DNA from: Candidatus Multivoradales bacterium
GTDB lineage: Bacteria; Acidobacteriota; Thermoanaerobaculia; Multivoradales; J023
Length of the DNA: 64,000 nt
Direction: 5' to 3'
NCBI GenBank assembly: GCA_965248925.1
Contig: CBDFLE010000006.1
Span: 3,040,001-3,104,000, forward strand
Shown: positions 9,066 to 19,545 of the stretch, in pieces
How positions within the stretch are numbered: position 1 is the first letter of the stretch
Layout: every line of letters begins with the position of its first letter
Position numbers and translations under genes: made by a program
The notes under the pieces: model-generated
Database searches by the model: none
What the model saw: only the letters and a program-made list of their open reading frames with translations
What the model was told of the DNA's origin: nothing

Positions 9066-10097
9066 ATGCAAAAAAATGCCTTCAAGCTCTTTCTGCCAAT
9101 TCTGGTGACCCTGTTGGCCGGCTGCGGCGACGGTCGGACGCCGTTGGTGGTCTACTCGCCTCACGGTCGCGATCTGCTGAATTTGGTCGAGCAGGTCTTC
9201 GAGGAAGCCAATCCCGAGGTCGATGTTCGCTGGCTCGACATGGGCTCACAAGAAGTCTACGACCGGATCCGTTCGGAGCAGGCCAACCCACAGGCCGACG
9301 TTTGGTTTGGCGGTCCGGCGACGATCCTCGCGCGCGGCGCCGCTGACGGTCTGTTGCAGCCCTATCGGCCGGCCTGGGTTGACGCCTTGCGTCCCGACGA
9401 CGGCCATCCGGACGATCTCTTCTTTCCCCTCTACCGCACGCCGCCGATCTTGGTTTTCAATGAGCAGGCGGTAAGCGCTGAGGAAGCCCCCCACGATTGG
9501 GAAGATCTGCTCGATGAGCGCTGGCGCGGCCAAGTGTTGGTGCGTGACCCGCTGGCCAGCGGCACCATGCGGACCATCTTCGGTATGGTGCTGGCGCGCT
9601 CGGTGACCGAGACCGGTGACGAAGCGAGTGGTTTCGACTGGCTGCGACGGCTCGACGCGCAGACGAAGGAGTATGTCCCCAGCCCAGCCTTGCTGCATCA
9701 GAAAATGATGCGCCAGGAGGGTCTGGTCACTCTCTGGGAGCTGACCGACATCCTCTTCCAGCGGCTGCGCGGGGCACCCTTGGGTTACCATTTTCCTACC
9801 AGCGGATCGCCGGTCATCGATGATTCGGTGGGTATCGTCGCGGGCGCTCGCCAGCCGGATGAGGCCCGTCGCCTGGTCGACTGGCTGGGCAGCCGCGAAG
9901 CCCAGCTGCTAGCAGCCGCGAAGGCCTTCCGGCTGCCAGCCCGCACCGATCTGGCAGCTGATGAGTTGCCCGAGTGGGCCGGTGAGGCGCTGGCGCAGTT
10001 GGTCACCGCCGAGGTTGATTGGCAGCTTATCGAGAGTCGCGGCGCGGAGTGGATGAACATTTGGGATCGCGAGGTTCGCGGTCGGGGCACGCCGTAG
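9066..10097 (+). CDS. ABC transporter substrate-binding lipoprotein (Fe3+/AfuA-FbpA-like)
   Basis: Lipobox LLAGC, LVVYSPHG, SEQANPQADVWFGG and DPLASGT. Confidence 0.88.
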   Translation: MQKNAFKLFLPILVTLLAGCGDGRTPLVVYSPHGRDLLNLVEQVFEEANPEVDVRWLDMGSQEVYDRIRSEQANPQADVWFGGPATILARGAADGLLQPYRPAWVDALRPDDGHPDDLFFPLYRTPPILVFNEQAVSAEEAPHDWEDLLDERWRGQVLVRDPLASGTMRTIFGMVLARSVTETGDEASGFDWLRRLDAQTKEYVPSPALLHQKMMRQEGLVTLWELTDILFQRLRGAPLGYHFPTSGSPVIDDSVGIVAGARQPDEARRLVDWLGSREAQLLAAAKAFRLPARTDLAADELPEWAGEALAQLVTAEVDWQLIESRGAEWMNIWDREVRGRGTP

Positions 10098-10117
10098 GTG
10101 GCGGGCGAGTTGGCCGG

Positions 10118-11212
10118 ATGAGCGATGCGACCGACAAGGGCAGCTTTGTCGAGCTGCGACGGCTGGCGAAGAGCTTTGGCGACACCGTCGTGCTGCGCGG
10201 TCTCGATCTCCGATTGAGACAGGGCGAGATCCTCGCTCTGGTAGGTCCCAGCGGCAGCGGCAAGACCACCATCTTGCGCCTGCTGGCCGGTTTCGAAAGC
10301 GCTAGCGGCGGCCAGATTCGCATTGCCGGTGAGGATGTCGCCAGCCAACCGCCAGCCAAGCGGGGGGTTGGAATGGTGTTTCAACACTACGCCCTGTTTC
10401 CCCATATGACAGTGGCCGAGAATGTTGCCTTCGGCCTCGAAGCGCGGCGCTGGCAGCAGCCTCGCATTGTTGATCGAGTAGCAGAGATGCTGCGCTTGGT
10501 CGATCTTTCCGGGCTCGGCGAACGCCGGGTGAGCGAGATTTCCGGTGGTCAGCAGCAGCGGGTCGCACTGGCTCGAGCACTAGCCCCCGAGCCACGATTG
10601 CTGCTCCTTGACGAGCCGCTGTCGAATCTCGACCCGGCGCTCAGGGAGCGCACCCGGCGGGAGCTGCGCGAGGCGGTGAAGAAGATTGGAATCACTACCG
10701 TGCTGGTGACCCATGAGCAAGAGGAAGCCTTCCACCTTGGTGATCGAGTGGCGGTTTTGCACCGTGGTCGATTGTGCCAAGTGGGTTCGGCGCGGGAACT
10801 CTACGAACGGCCGGCTAGCCGCTTCGTGGCTGGCTTCGTCGGTCGGGCCAGTTCCTTCGCGGGCAGCGTCGAAGGTGCTGCCACTGCCGAGCAAGCCGCG
10901 GTGGCGAGGATCGGCGCGATCCTATGGCCGGCGGTGGCCGGTGAGCCCGTAGCGGCTGGCCAAGCGGTCGAGTTGGTGGCCCGGCCGGAAAGCCTGATAT
11001 TGACCGCCCCGGATCTGGCAATGCCTGTCGGAGTGGTCGAGGAAGTGCGCTTCACCGGCCCGGCTAGTTATGCCAGATTGAGCCTCGACGATGGCGGCGG
11101 GGCCGAGGTGTTGATCGACGGCGCGCCGCCAGCAGTGGGCGAGCGGCGGGGGTTGGTGCTACGCCCTGGCGCCTTGCCGGCGCGGCTCTTTGGCCTTCTG
11201 GACGACGATTGA
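10118..11212 (+). CDS. ABC transporter ATP-binding subunit (FbpC/PotA-like)
   Basis: Walker A GPSGSGKT, signature ISGGQQQR, Walker B LLLLDEP, TOBE-like tail; ATG at 10118. Confidence 0.93.
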   Translation: MSDATDKGSFVELRRLAKSFGDTVVLRGLDLRLRQGEILALVGPSGSGKTTILRLLAGFESASGGQIRIAGEDVASQPPAKRGVGMVFQHYALFPHMTVAENVAFGLEARRWQQPRIVDRVAEMLRLVDLSGLGERRVSEISGGQQQRVALARALAPEPRLLLLDEPLSNLDPALRERTRRELREAVKKIGITTVLVTHEQEEAFHLGDRVAVLHRGRLCQVGSARELYERPASRFVAGFVGRASSFAGSVEGAATAEQAAVARIGAILWPAVAGEPVAAGQAVELVARPESLILTAPDLAMPVGVVEEVRFTGPASYARLSLDDGGGAEVLIDGAPPAVGERRGLVLRPGALPARLFGLLDDD

Positions 11213-12864
11213 TGGTGGTCACCGGTCGCCGCCAGGTCCTCGGCGTAGGCGCCGCGGTGCTGCTCGGTTGGCTGGTGGGTTATCCCCTTCTGCTGACCGC
11301 TGTCGAAGCTCTGCGGGGCAGCGAGGGCTGGGCTTTCGGGCTGGTGGCGGAAATCCTTCAGCGCGATAGCGAGTGGATAGCGCTGTGGCGAAGTGTGTGG
11401 ATCTCCCTGGCCTCGGTGGCTTTGGCGGCGGCGCTGGGGGTGCCTTTGGCGTTTGTGTTCGAGCGCACCGACTTCCCCGGCCGTCGCATACTCGGAGCGC
11501 TGGTGGTGTTGCCGGTGGCGCTGCCACCGCTAGTAGGGGTGATCGCTTTTCTTTTCCTGTACGGCGAGAGTGGCTTCGTGTCGCGGCTGCTGCAGCTAGT
11601 CTTCGATCTCGAGCGGCCGCCTTGGAGTTTTCAAGGTGCTGGCGCCATCCTGCTGGTCCATGCCTACTCGATGTACGTCTATTTTTACCTCTTCGTGCGT
11701 GCTGCGTTGGCGCGGCTCGATGGTTCGATGCTGGACGCGGCGGCGGTGTTGGGTGCCAGCCGCGGGCGGATTCTCTGGCGGGTGGTGTTGCCGCAGCTGC
11801 GGCCGGCTTTGTTGGGTGCCGGTCTACTAACCTTCATGACCTCGTTGGGTTCCTTCTCGGCGCCGTACATCTTTGGCGGCGGCTATCGGGTGATGACCAC
11901 TCAGATCGTCGCTTCGAAGGTCAGCGGCCAACTGCAAGCGGCCAAGGTTGAGGCGGTGCTGCTGGCGGCGGTGGCATTGCTGGCGCTGTGGGCCATCCGC
12001 CGCCTGCAAGGGCCCGCGGCTACGGCCTCGGCGCATGGGGTGGCGCCAGCTCGGCGGCGGATCGTCGAGCCCTGGGCACGGTTGGCTTTCACCGTGCTGG
12101 GCTGGTGCCTGGCTCTGCTGCTGCTCTTGCCCCACTTGACCTTGCTGTTGATTTCGCTGGTGCCGATCGGCACCTGGACCACTGAATTGCTGCCGCCGAG
12201 CCTGGCGTGGGTCAACTATCGCGAGGTGGCCTCGCATCCAGAACGCTTGCGGCCGCTGTTGAACTCGTTGTGGATGGCCACCGTGGCTACCGCCGGGGCG
12301 GTGGCCTTGGGGTTGTTCGCGGCGCGTCAATCGCTGCGTCTGCGCGGTCGGTTGGGGGCTTTTTTGGAGGGCTTGGTGGCGCTGCCCTGGGCGATTCCGG
12401 GCACGGTTTTCGCTCTGGCGTTGGCCACTACTTTCAGTGTCCGCCAGCCTTGGCTGGGGCGTTTTCTCTGGGTCGGTACACCGATCATTCTGCCGCTAGC
12501 CTACTTGGTGCGCTGTTTGCCGATCACCGGTCGAGCATCGCTGGCGGGTTTGAGGCAGCTCGATCCGGCTCTCGAAGAAGCCGCCGATGGGTTAGGAGCC
12601 GGCTCTTGGCGCCGTTTTCGTCGCATCCTGCTGCCGCTGGTCAAGCCTTCCCTGGTAGCCGGTGCCGGGTTGTGTTTCATCACCGCGCTGGGGGATTTTG
12701 TCGCCTCGGTGGTGCTCTACACCTACGAGACCAGGCCGCTCTCGATCGAAATCCAGAGTGCCTTACGGGTGCAGGAGTTCGGTGTGGCGGCGGTCTATGG
12801 GGTGCTGCTGATGCTGATCAGCGCGGCGGCTTTTCTGGCTTGGGGCCGTGGCGAGGTCCGCTAG
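11212..12864 (+). CDS. ABC transporter permease, two fused TM modules (FbpB-like)
   Basis: Two EAA-type loops (LDAAAVLGA and LEEAADGLGA); many TM segments. Confidence 0.9.
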   Translation: MVVTGRRQVLGVGAAVLLGWLVGYPLLLTAVEALRGSEGWAFGLVAEILQRDSEWIALWRSVWISLASVALAAALGVPLAFVFERTDFPGRRILGALVVLPVALPPLVGVIAFLFLYGESGFVSRLLQLVFDLERPPWSFQGAGAILLVHAYSMYVYFYLFVRAALARLDGSMLDAAAVLGASRGRILWRVVLPQLRPALLGAGLLTFMTSLGSFSAPYIFGGGYRVMTTQIVASKVSGQLQAAKVEAVLLAAVALLALWAIRRLQGPAATASAHGVAPARRRIVEPWARLAFTVLGWCLALLLLLPHLTLLLISLVPIGTWTTELLPPSLAWVNYREVASHPERLRPLLNSLWMATVATAGAVALGLFAARQSLRLRGRLGAFLEGLVALPWAIPGTVFALALATTFSVRQPWLGRFLWVGTPIILPLAYLVRCLPITGRASLAGLRQLDPALEEAADGLGAGSWRRFRRILLPLVKPSLVAGAGLCFITALGDFVASVVLYTYETRPLSIEIQSALRVQEFGVAAVYGVLLMLISAAAFLAWGRGEVR

Positions 12865-14054
12865 TGCCGCCGGCCAAGCTGTCGGTGAAGCGCCTATGGG
12901 TGCTGATGGTCACTGCTTTTGTCGACATGATCGGCTTTGCGCTGATCATGCCTTTACTGCCCTTCTACGCCACCCGTTTTGGTGCCTCGCCATCGATCAT
13001 CGGGGTATTGATCGCGGCTTTCGCCGTCGCCCAGCTGATTTCGGCGCCACTCTGGGGGAGGTTGTCAGACCGCTTCGGCCGCCGGCCGGTGCTGCTCAGC
13101 GGCCAGGCCCTGGCCGCCGGCTCGTTTCTGGTCTTCGCCGGCGCCGACTCGGTGTGGCTGCTACTGGCCAGCCGCTTTTTGCAGGGCATCGGCGGCGGCA
13201 CGATCAGCGCCGCCCAGGCCTATGTCGGCGATGCGGTTGGCCCTGAAGAGCGCGCCAAAGCCCTCGGTTGGATCACCGCCTGTAGCAGTGCCGGGGTGAT
13301 GGTGGGTCCGGCGATCGCCTCCTTGAGCATTCGCTACAGCTACGCGGCGCCGGGTTTGATCGCGGCCCTGCTGTCGGTGCTTGGCCTGCTCTTTGCCTGG
13401 CGCTGGTTGCCAGAGTCTTCGGCGCCGCGAAAAGTCGGCGCGGTGGCTCCCGAGCGCCCGTCGTTGCTGCGGGCACTTGCCGATGTGCTACGCCATCCCG
13501 GCCGGCCGGTCAACGCGCTGATCTGGATCTACGCTGCTGGCATGATGGCTTTCATGGCCCTCAACGGGGTGATGGCTCTCTATTTGGCGGCCCATTTTGG
13601 GGTCACCGAGCGCAACATCGGCTGGTATTACGTCGCTATCGGTGCGGTGGCGGTGGTGATGCGGGCGCTGGTGCTGGGAGCGGCGGTGGGGCGCTTTGGC
13701 GAGGTTCGGGTGCTGCGCATCGGCGCTCTGTTGCTGGCACTGGGTATGGTGATGGCGCCGTTCGCCACCACCCCACGGACCTTCTTGGCTGCCGCGGTGT
13801 GTATTCCCGCCGGCACCTCGCTGCTCTTTCCCTGCACCACCTCGTTGGTGTCGCGCTACTCGCCGCGGGGGGGCATGGGTCAAAGTCACGGCGTGCAGCA
13901 GGCGATGGGCGGGGTCAGCCGGATGCTTGGCCCCCTCTGGGCGACGGCGTTGTTCGAGCGCCTGGGCCACGCCGAGCCGTTCTGGATCAGCGCCGCCCTG
14001 GTGCTGGCGACAGCGTTATTCTCGCTCAAGCTGCACCCCCGTCAGTCGCAGTAG
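12864..14054 (+). CDS. MFS transporter (TetA/DHA1-like)
   Basis: Motif A GRLSDRFGRRPVL and DMIGFALIMPLLPFY; GTG at 12864 overlaps the permease stop. Confidence 0.9.
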   Translation: MPPAKLSVKRLWVLMVTAFVDMIGFALIMPLLPFYATRFGASPSIIGVLIAAFAVAQLISAPLWGRLSDRFGRRPVLLSGQALAAGSFLVFAGADSVWLLLASRFLQGIGGGTISAAQAYVGDAVGPEERAKALGWITACSSAGVMVGPAIASLSIRYSYAAPGLIAALLSVLGLLFAWRWLPESSAPRKVGAVAPERPSLLRALADVLRHPGRPVNALIWIYAAGMMAFMALNGVMALYLAAHFGVTERNIGWYYVAIGAVAVVMRALVLGAAVGRFGEVRVLRIGALLLALGMVMAPFATTPRTFLAAAVCIPAGTSLLFPCTTSLVSRYSPRGGMGQSHGVQQAMGGVSRMLGPLWATALFERLGHAEPFWISAALVLATALFSLKLHPRQSQ

Positions 14055-14112
14055 GGTGCAGTAGGCGAGAAACGAGATGAGTAGCGAGAGTGAGGGTCAG
14101 GGTCAGAAACTG

Positions 14113-14140
14113 AAAAAGCCAGGCGGTGAGGCCTGGCTTT
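14113..14140. terminator. Intrinsic terminator between the converging MFS gene and tRNA
   Basis: AAAAAGCCAGGC-GGTGAG-GCCTGGCTTT hairpin with A and T tracts on either side. Confidence 0.8.
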
Positions 14141-14152
14141 GAAAAGTCGGGT

Positions 14153-14229
<77 letters not shown>

Positions 14230-14389
14230 TCCGTTGTCCCGAAAGAAGCCTTACGGCTCCTTCCTCAAGGGTTGCGCAGGATTCCACAGTTGCGGAGGGT
14301 TGTCAACTAGGATTTTTGCCGGCGTTCGAATTGGTCCAAACTAGGGTCCTGCGCGTTGACCTCTGGAGCTTTGCCGGCAATGCGGATAA

Positions 14390-16104
<1,715 letters not shown>

Positions 16105-16177
16105 TCTGGCGCGACCGCCGGGCCAGCGTCGAACCTCGGTTCTAGGCATCACCTTCGGGTTCTTGCCTTTGAACACC

Positions 16178-16206
16178 TTGACGAGATAAATAGAGAGCGT
16201 TATTGT
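16178..16206 (+). promoter_or_regulatory. Putative sigma70 promoter of the accessory cassette
   Basis: TTGACG-17 bp-TATTGT in an AT-rich stretch. Confidence 0.65.
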
Positions 16207-16228
16207 GCAAAAACAATTAGCAGTATTT

Positions 16229-16260
16229 GAATTTGAACAAGTCAGAATTTGAACAAGTCA
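16229..16260. repeat. Perfect 16-bp tandem repeat GAATTTGAACAAGTCA x2
   Basis: Copies at 16229-16244 and 16245-16260, just upstream of the RBS of the Cys-rich peptide gene. Confidence 0.9.
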
Positions 16261-16273
16261 ACGTGAGGACAAC

Positions 16274-16567
16274 GTGTATTCAGGACCAATCTTTCGACTT
16301 CTTTTCACTGCGCTGTGTGTCTTGGTGTTGCTCCTGCCGGCGTCAAGAGTGAAGAGTGCTGAAAGTGACTGTAAGTATTGTCACGAATTTGTGGATATTG
16401 GCGAGTGCATCGGAGTTCAGGACCCTTCTCCGGGCTTAGATACCCTTAGTAACTGTCGGGGGACGCGACTGTGCTACCGCTACTGGATTGTCTTGCCGGA
16501 TGGAACTACTGAGTATGTAGTCTTCTGCCGTCCCTATTGCTTCGGTGATCTGTGCCTTTGGGTCTGA
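16274..16567 (+). CDS. Small secreted cysteine-rich protein (hypothetical)
   Basis: GAGGA RBS then GTG; signal peptide ending VKSA; 8 Cys in the 68-aa mature part including CKYCH; ends CFGDLCLWV. Confidence 0.75.
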   Translation: MYSGPIFRLLFTALCVLVLLLPASRVKSAESDCKYCHEFVDIGECIGVQDPSPGLDTLSNCRGTRLCYRYWIVLPDGTTEYVVFCRPYCFGDLCLWV

Positions 16568-16571
16568 ATCC

Positions 16572-18791
16572 GTGCCGCATACCCTCGCAAGTGTCGAGCC
16601 GGCCCGCGTAGGAGTTTGCAGAACAGCAGTCACCGTTCTAGGACTTCTGGGCTCCGCCTTGGCTCTTTTCGCAACACCTTCCCCCGCAGCTGCCGATCTG
16701 AGGGTCCGTTTCGTGTCGGCTAGCCCTGTGGGCTGTACCGGAGTTGGGATCTTGCGGTCGGGCGAGATCGAATTCGAAGTTACGGTTCCGGGGTCAATTC
16801 ACCTCACCGAACACGCCGAAACGCTCTCTTTGAGCGTCGCGGGTTGTTGGTCGCCAGCAACGCAGATCGATGCACAAGCCCGTGAGGTGGTGGTGATGGT
16901 ATGGCCGGCTGGCAGCGTCGGTGGCAACCTTGGTCGACCCGGTGAGCCTGCGGACTTTGACAGCATTTCGGTGCGCTGGGGCATTGTCGGGGAGGCAACG
17001 GATCTTGCCGAGCTTCCCCATGCGGGAATGACCAAGTGTTCTTTGGCCGTTAGCGACTGGAGTTGTCCGATTCCTGCCGGTCGTTGGGATCTTCGCGTCC
17101 AAGCTCCGGGCAAAGCGCCGGCCTTCTTCTGGGATGTCGCGGTGAAAGCGCAGCGTCATCACGATCTCGGCTCGCTAGAACTCGACGAGGGCTCGCGGCT
17201 ATCCGGGATGATCATGGTGGAGAAAGGGAGCGTCGCCGGGGTCGAGCTGATGCTGGAGCCAGACTTCGAGGTTCGTGGAGAGAAGGGGCGGCGCCGGTTC
17301 GATTTGCAGACTTCGACCAGCTGGTCCAATGATGCCGGGGCCTTTCTCTTCTCTGACCTGGCCTCCGGCGCCTACACGTTGCGGGTCAAGGGCCCGCCTG
17401 GGCTCTCCTCGCGCGAAATTCCGGGGCTCGACGTCGTCAGCTCACACCCCTTGCATCTCAAGCCGATCTTGCTGACCAGGAAAGGCTGGCTGGAAGTGGA
17501 GGTTTCGCCGGAGGTTGATCCGCGGCTCCTGCCGTGGACAGTGCAGCTTAGCATTCAAGACACCCGCGGCTCGACCTCTCGGCCGCTGAGAAAGGCCCGA
17601 ACCGCGAGCGGCTACTTCAACTTCACAGATCTCGACGATGGCCTCTACCGGGTGCTGGTTCTCGATGTCGAAGGCCAAGAGATGGCCACTCAGCTGGTTG
17701 AGATCAAGGCCGGCCGCGACAGCTTCGCCCAGTTCGAGTTCGACTTCGTGGCGGTTGAGGGTAGGGTCAGTGCCGGTGGCGAAGGTGTTGCCGGAACCTT
17801 GATTCTGACTTCCCCCACAGCCAACGGTGCCGGTGGGAAGCTGGAGTTCAAGACCGCCGAGGACGGGAGGTTCGCCGGCAACCTGCCGCTGCCTGGTGAG
17901 TGGCGGGGGCATTTCGAGACCCGCGGCCAACGGCTGACCGTCTTGGAGCCGATCATAGTCGAGCGCCAACTTTCCAGACCAACTCGGATCGACATCGTCC
18001 TCCCCGGTGGGCGAATCGAGGGCGAGGTGCTCGACGACGAGAGAAAGGCGCCTGAGCGGGCAATCGTGACAGTTCTGCAAGGTGGCCGAGTGCTCTCGCA
18101 AACGCGAGTGGGGCCCGAGGGGACTTTTCGCTTTCTCGGTCTGCCACCAGGCAAGCTGAGCGTAGTTTGCGACGCTGCGGACTCCCGCGGCGCCGGACCA
18201 GTATCTCTCGAGGTTAAAGCAAGCGAGTTGTCCAAGATCGAACTCGAGCTGGAAAAATGGCGGCGAGTGCGAGTGCGGTTGGTGACCGAGGGCCGTCCGG
18301 CCAGCGGGGCCTCCGTGGTGGTCCACGATCCCCGATTTGGCGGTTCGCAGACCCTGCGGGCAGGCTTGTCCGGAGAGGTCGAGACCCTCTTGCCGCCAGG
18401 ACGACAAGAGATAGGCATCTTCGTGCGAGCCGGTCGGCTGCCCCGAACAATGCGCACCGTGTCTTTCGGCAATGCGGTCGAAACGGTCACCGTGGAGCTA
18501 GGGCGGACCAGCGGTCAGCTGGTGATTCCCCTACGGCGCGACACCATGTCGCAAACGCTGAGTCATGCTGGAGCGACCTTTCGTGTCGGCGAACTGTTTT
18601 CGCCGGGATTCGGCTCAGTTGTCGAGGAGATCGACGATGCGACCCATTCGTTTCGGCTCTTGGTGGAGAGTGGCGAGTATGAACTCTGTCGGCAAGCGGA
18701 AGAGAGGGTCTGCCGCTCTGTCTATTTGGCGCCGAATTCCCAGGTTGAGTTGGCGCTTCCCTATCTGGAGAAACACGAGAACGGGAAGTAG
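16572..18791 (+). CDS. Large secreted protein with carboxypeptidase-regulatory-like beta-sandwich repeats
   Basis: Signal-like TVLGLLGSALALFATPSPAAA; repeats such as SNDAGAFLFSDLASGAYTLRV, GYFNFTDLDDGLYRV and GPEGTFRFLGLPPG; start uncertain (16545 or 16572). Confidence 0.8.
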   Translation: MPHTLASVEPARVGVCRTAVTVLGLLGSALALFATPSPAAADLRVRFVSASPVGCTGVGILRSGEIEFEVTVPGSIHLTEHAETLSLSVAGCWSPATQIDAQAREVVVMVWPAGSVGGNLGRPGEPADFDSISVRWGIVGEATDLAELPHAGMTKCSLAVSDWSCPIPAGRWDLRVQAPGKAPAFFWDVAVKAQRHHDLGSLELDEGSRLSGMIMVEKGSVAGVELMLEPDFEVRGEKGRRRFDLQTSTSWSNDAGAFLFSDLASGAYTLRVKGPPGLSSREIPGLDVVSSHPLHLKPILLTRKGWLEVEVSPEVDPRLLPWTVQLSIQDTRGSTSRPLRKARTASGYFNFTDLDDGLYRVLVLDVEGQEMATQLVEIKAGRDSFAQFEFDFVAVEGRVSAGGEGVAGTLILTSPTANGAGGKLEFKTAEDGRFAGNLPLPGEWRGHFETRGQRLTVLEPIIVERQLSRPTRIDIVLPGGRIEGEVLDDERKAPERAIVTVLQGGRVLSQTRVGPEGTFRFLGLPPGKLSVVCDAADSRGAGPVSLEVKASELSKIELELEKWRRVRVRLVTEGRPASGASVVVHDPRFGGSQTLRAGLSGEVETLLPPGRQEIGIFVRAGRLPRTMRTVSFGNAVETVTVELGRTSGQLVIPLRRDTMSQTLSHAGATFRVGELFSPGFGSVVEEIDDATHSFRLLVESGEYELCRQAEERVCRSVYLAPNSQVELALPYLEKHENGK

Positions 18792-18843
18792 GGTGCGGAC
18801 GTCAAGTGCATACCAGAAGATATTGGCGCATACCGGAGGTCGA

Positions 18844-19335
18844 ATGATAACGGTCAAGAGAGCCCTCTTCTTTTTGATTCTCATCATTTTGTCCCCGGCG
18901 ACTCTGGCTGGGGAAGCAGATGCTGAGGTCGCCATACCCTCGGGATGGCTTGGGCTTGGTATCACCTGCGAGTGCGGCGCAACGAGCGGCGAGAGCTTTC
19001 TCTTGATCCACGGTACGGCGCCAGGCGGGCCGGCTGCCGAGGCGGATCTCGAAACTGGAGACGTCGTTCTGAAAGTCGATGGCAAGTCAGTAGGTTGTCA
19101 GAGGCAACTCGATGTACTCGAGCTCTTTCGAGAACTACGAGGGGGTCAGCGGGTGAACCTATCGATTCTCCGTCTTGGGGAGCAAAGGGAGGTCGAAGTC
19201 GGGGCGATTCCGATGCCTGCTCTGCTCGCAAAGATGTGGATCGAGCAATACCGCCGAGTGGCGGTGGATCCCACAGACTGTGGGCAGGCACCGAGTTCTG
19301 GCGCCTCCAAGCCGAGTTCCGACTCCAAACGGTGA
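18844..19335 (+). CDS. Secreted stand-alone PDZ-domain protein
   Basis: GGAGG RBS then ATG at 18844; signal peptide ending ATLA; GWLGLGI loop and PGGPAAEADLETGDVVLKVDG. Confidence 0.85.
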   Translation: MITVKRALFFLILIILSPATLAGEADAEVAIPSGWLGLGITCECGATSGESFLLIHGTAPGGPAAEADLETGDVVLKVDGKSVGCQRQLDVLELFRELRGGQRVNLSILRLGEQREVEVGAIPMPALLAKMWIEQYRRVAVDPTDCGQAPSSGASKPSSDSKR

Positions 19336-19545
19336 GGCATTTTCGGGCCTAGCAGCGGTGGTGTCGCCACCCTCTCGATACGATTAGCACTCGGTCGGAA
19401 AAAACCCCTAGAGTCAGACCGAGGGGAGTGCATATCTAACGGGGTCTGCTGAACGTCTTCAACCCAGATCGACCGCCGACCGTATTCGGGCGCTCTGTCT
19501 GCTACGCCTCGCCAGGCCCACTGCCCTAGGTTAGACTCCTCCGCC

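Noticed and set aside
16274-16567. RiPP precursor (ranthipeptide or lanthipeptide)
   Set aside because: It has a Sec-type signal peptide rather than a leader peptide, and no radical SAM, LanM, YcaO or peptidase-transporter gene is adjacent.
19384-19434. CIRCE-like TTAGCACTC ... GAGTGC
   Set aside because: The spacer is about 33 bp rather than the 9 bp HrcA requires, and the right arm is imperfect.
19434-19536. Possible integron attC site (ATCTAAC ... GTTAGAC) after the PDZ gene
   Set aside because: The R boxes match, but the inner L boxes and arms are not complementary and no integrase is in view; TAGACT is better explained as the mfd -10.
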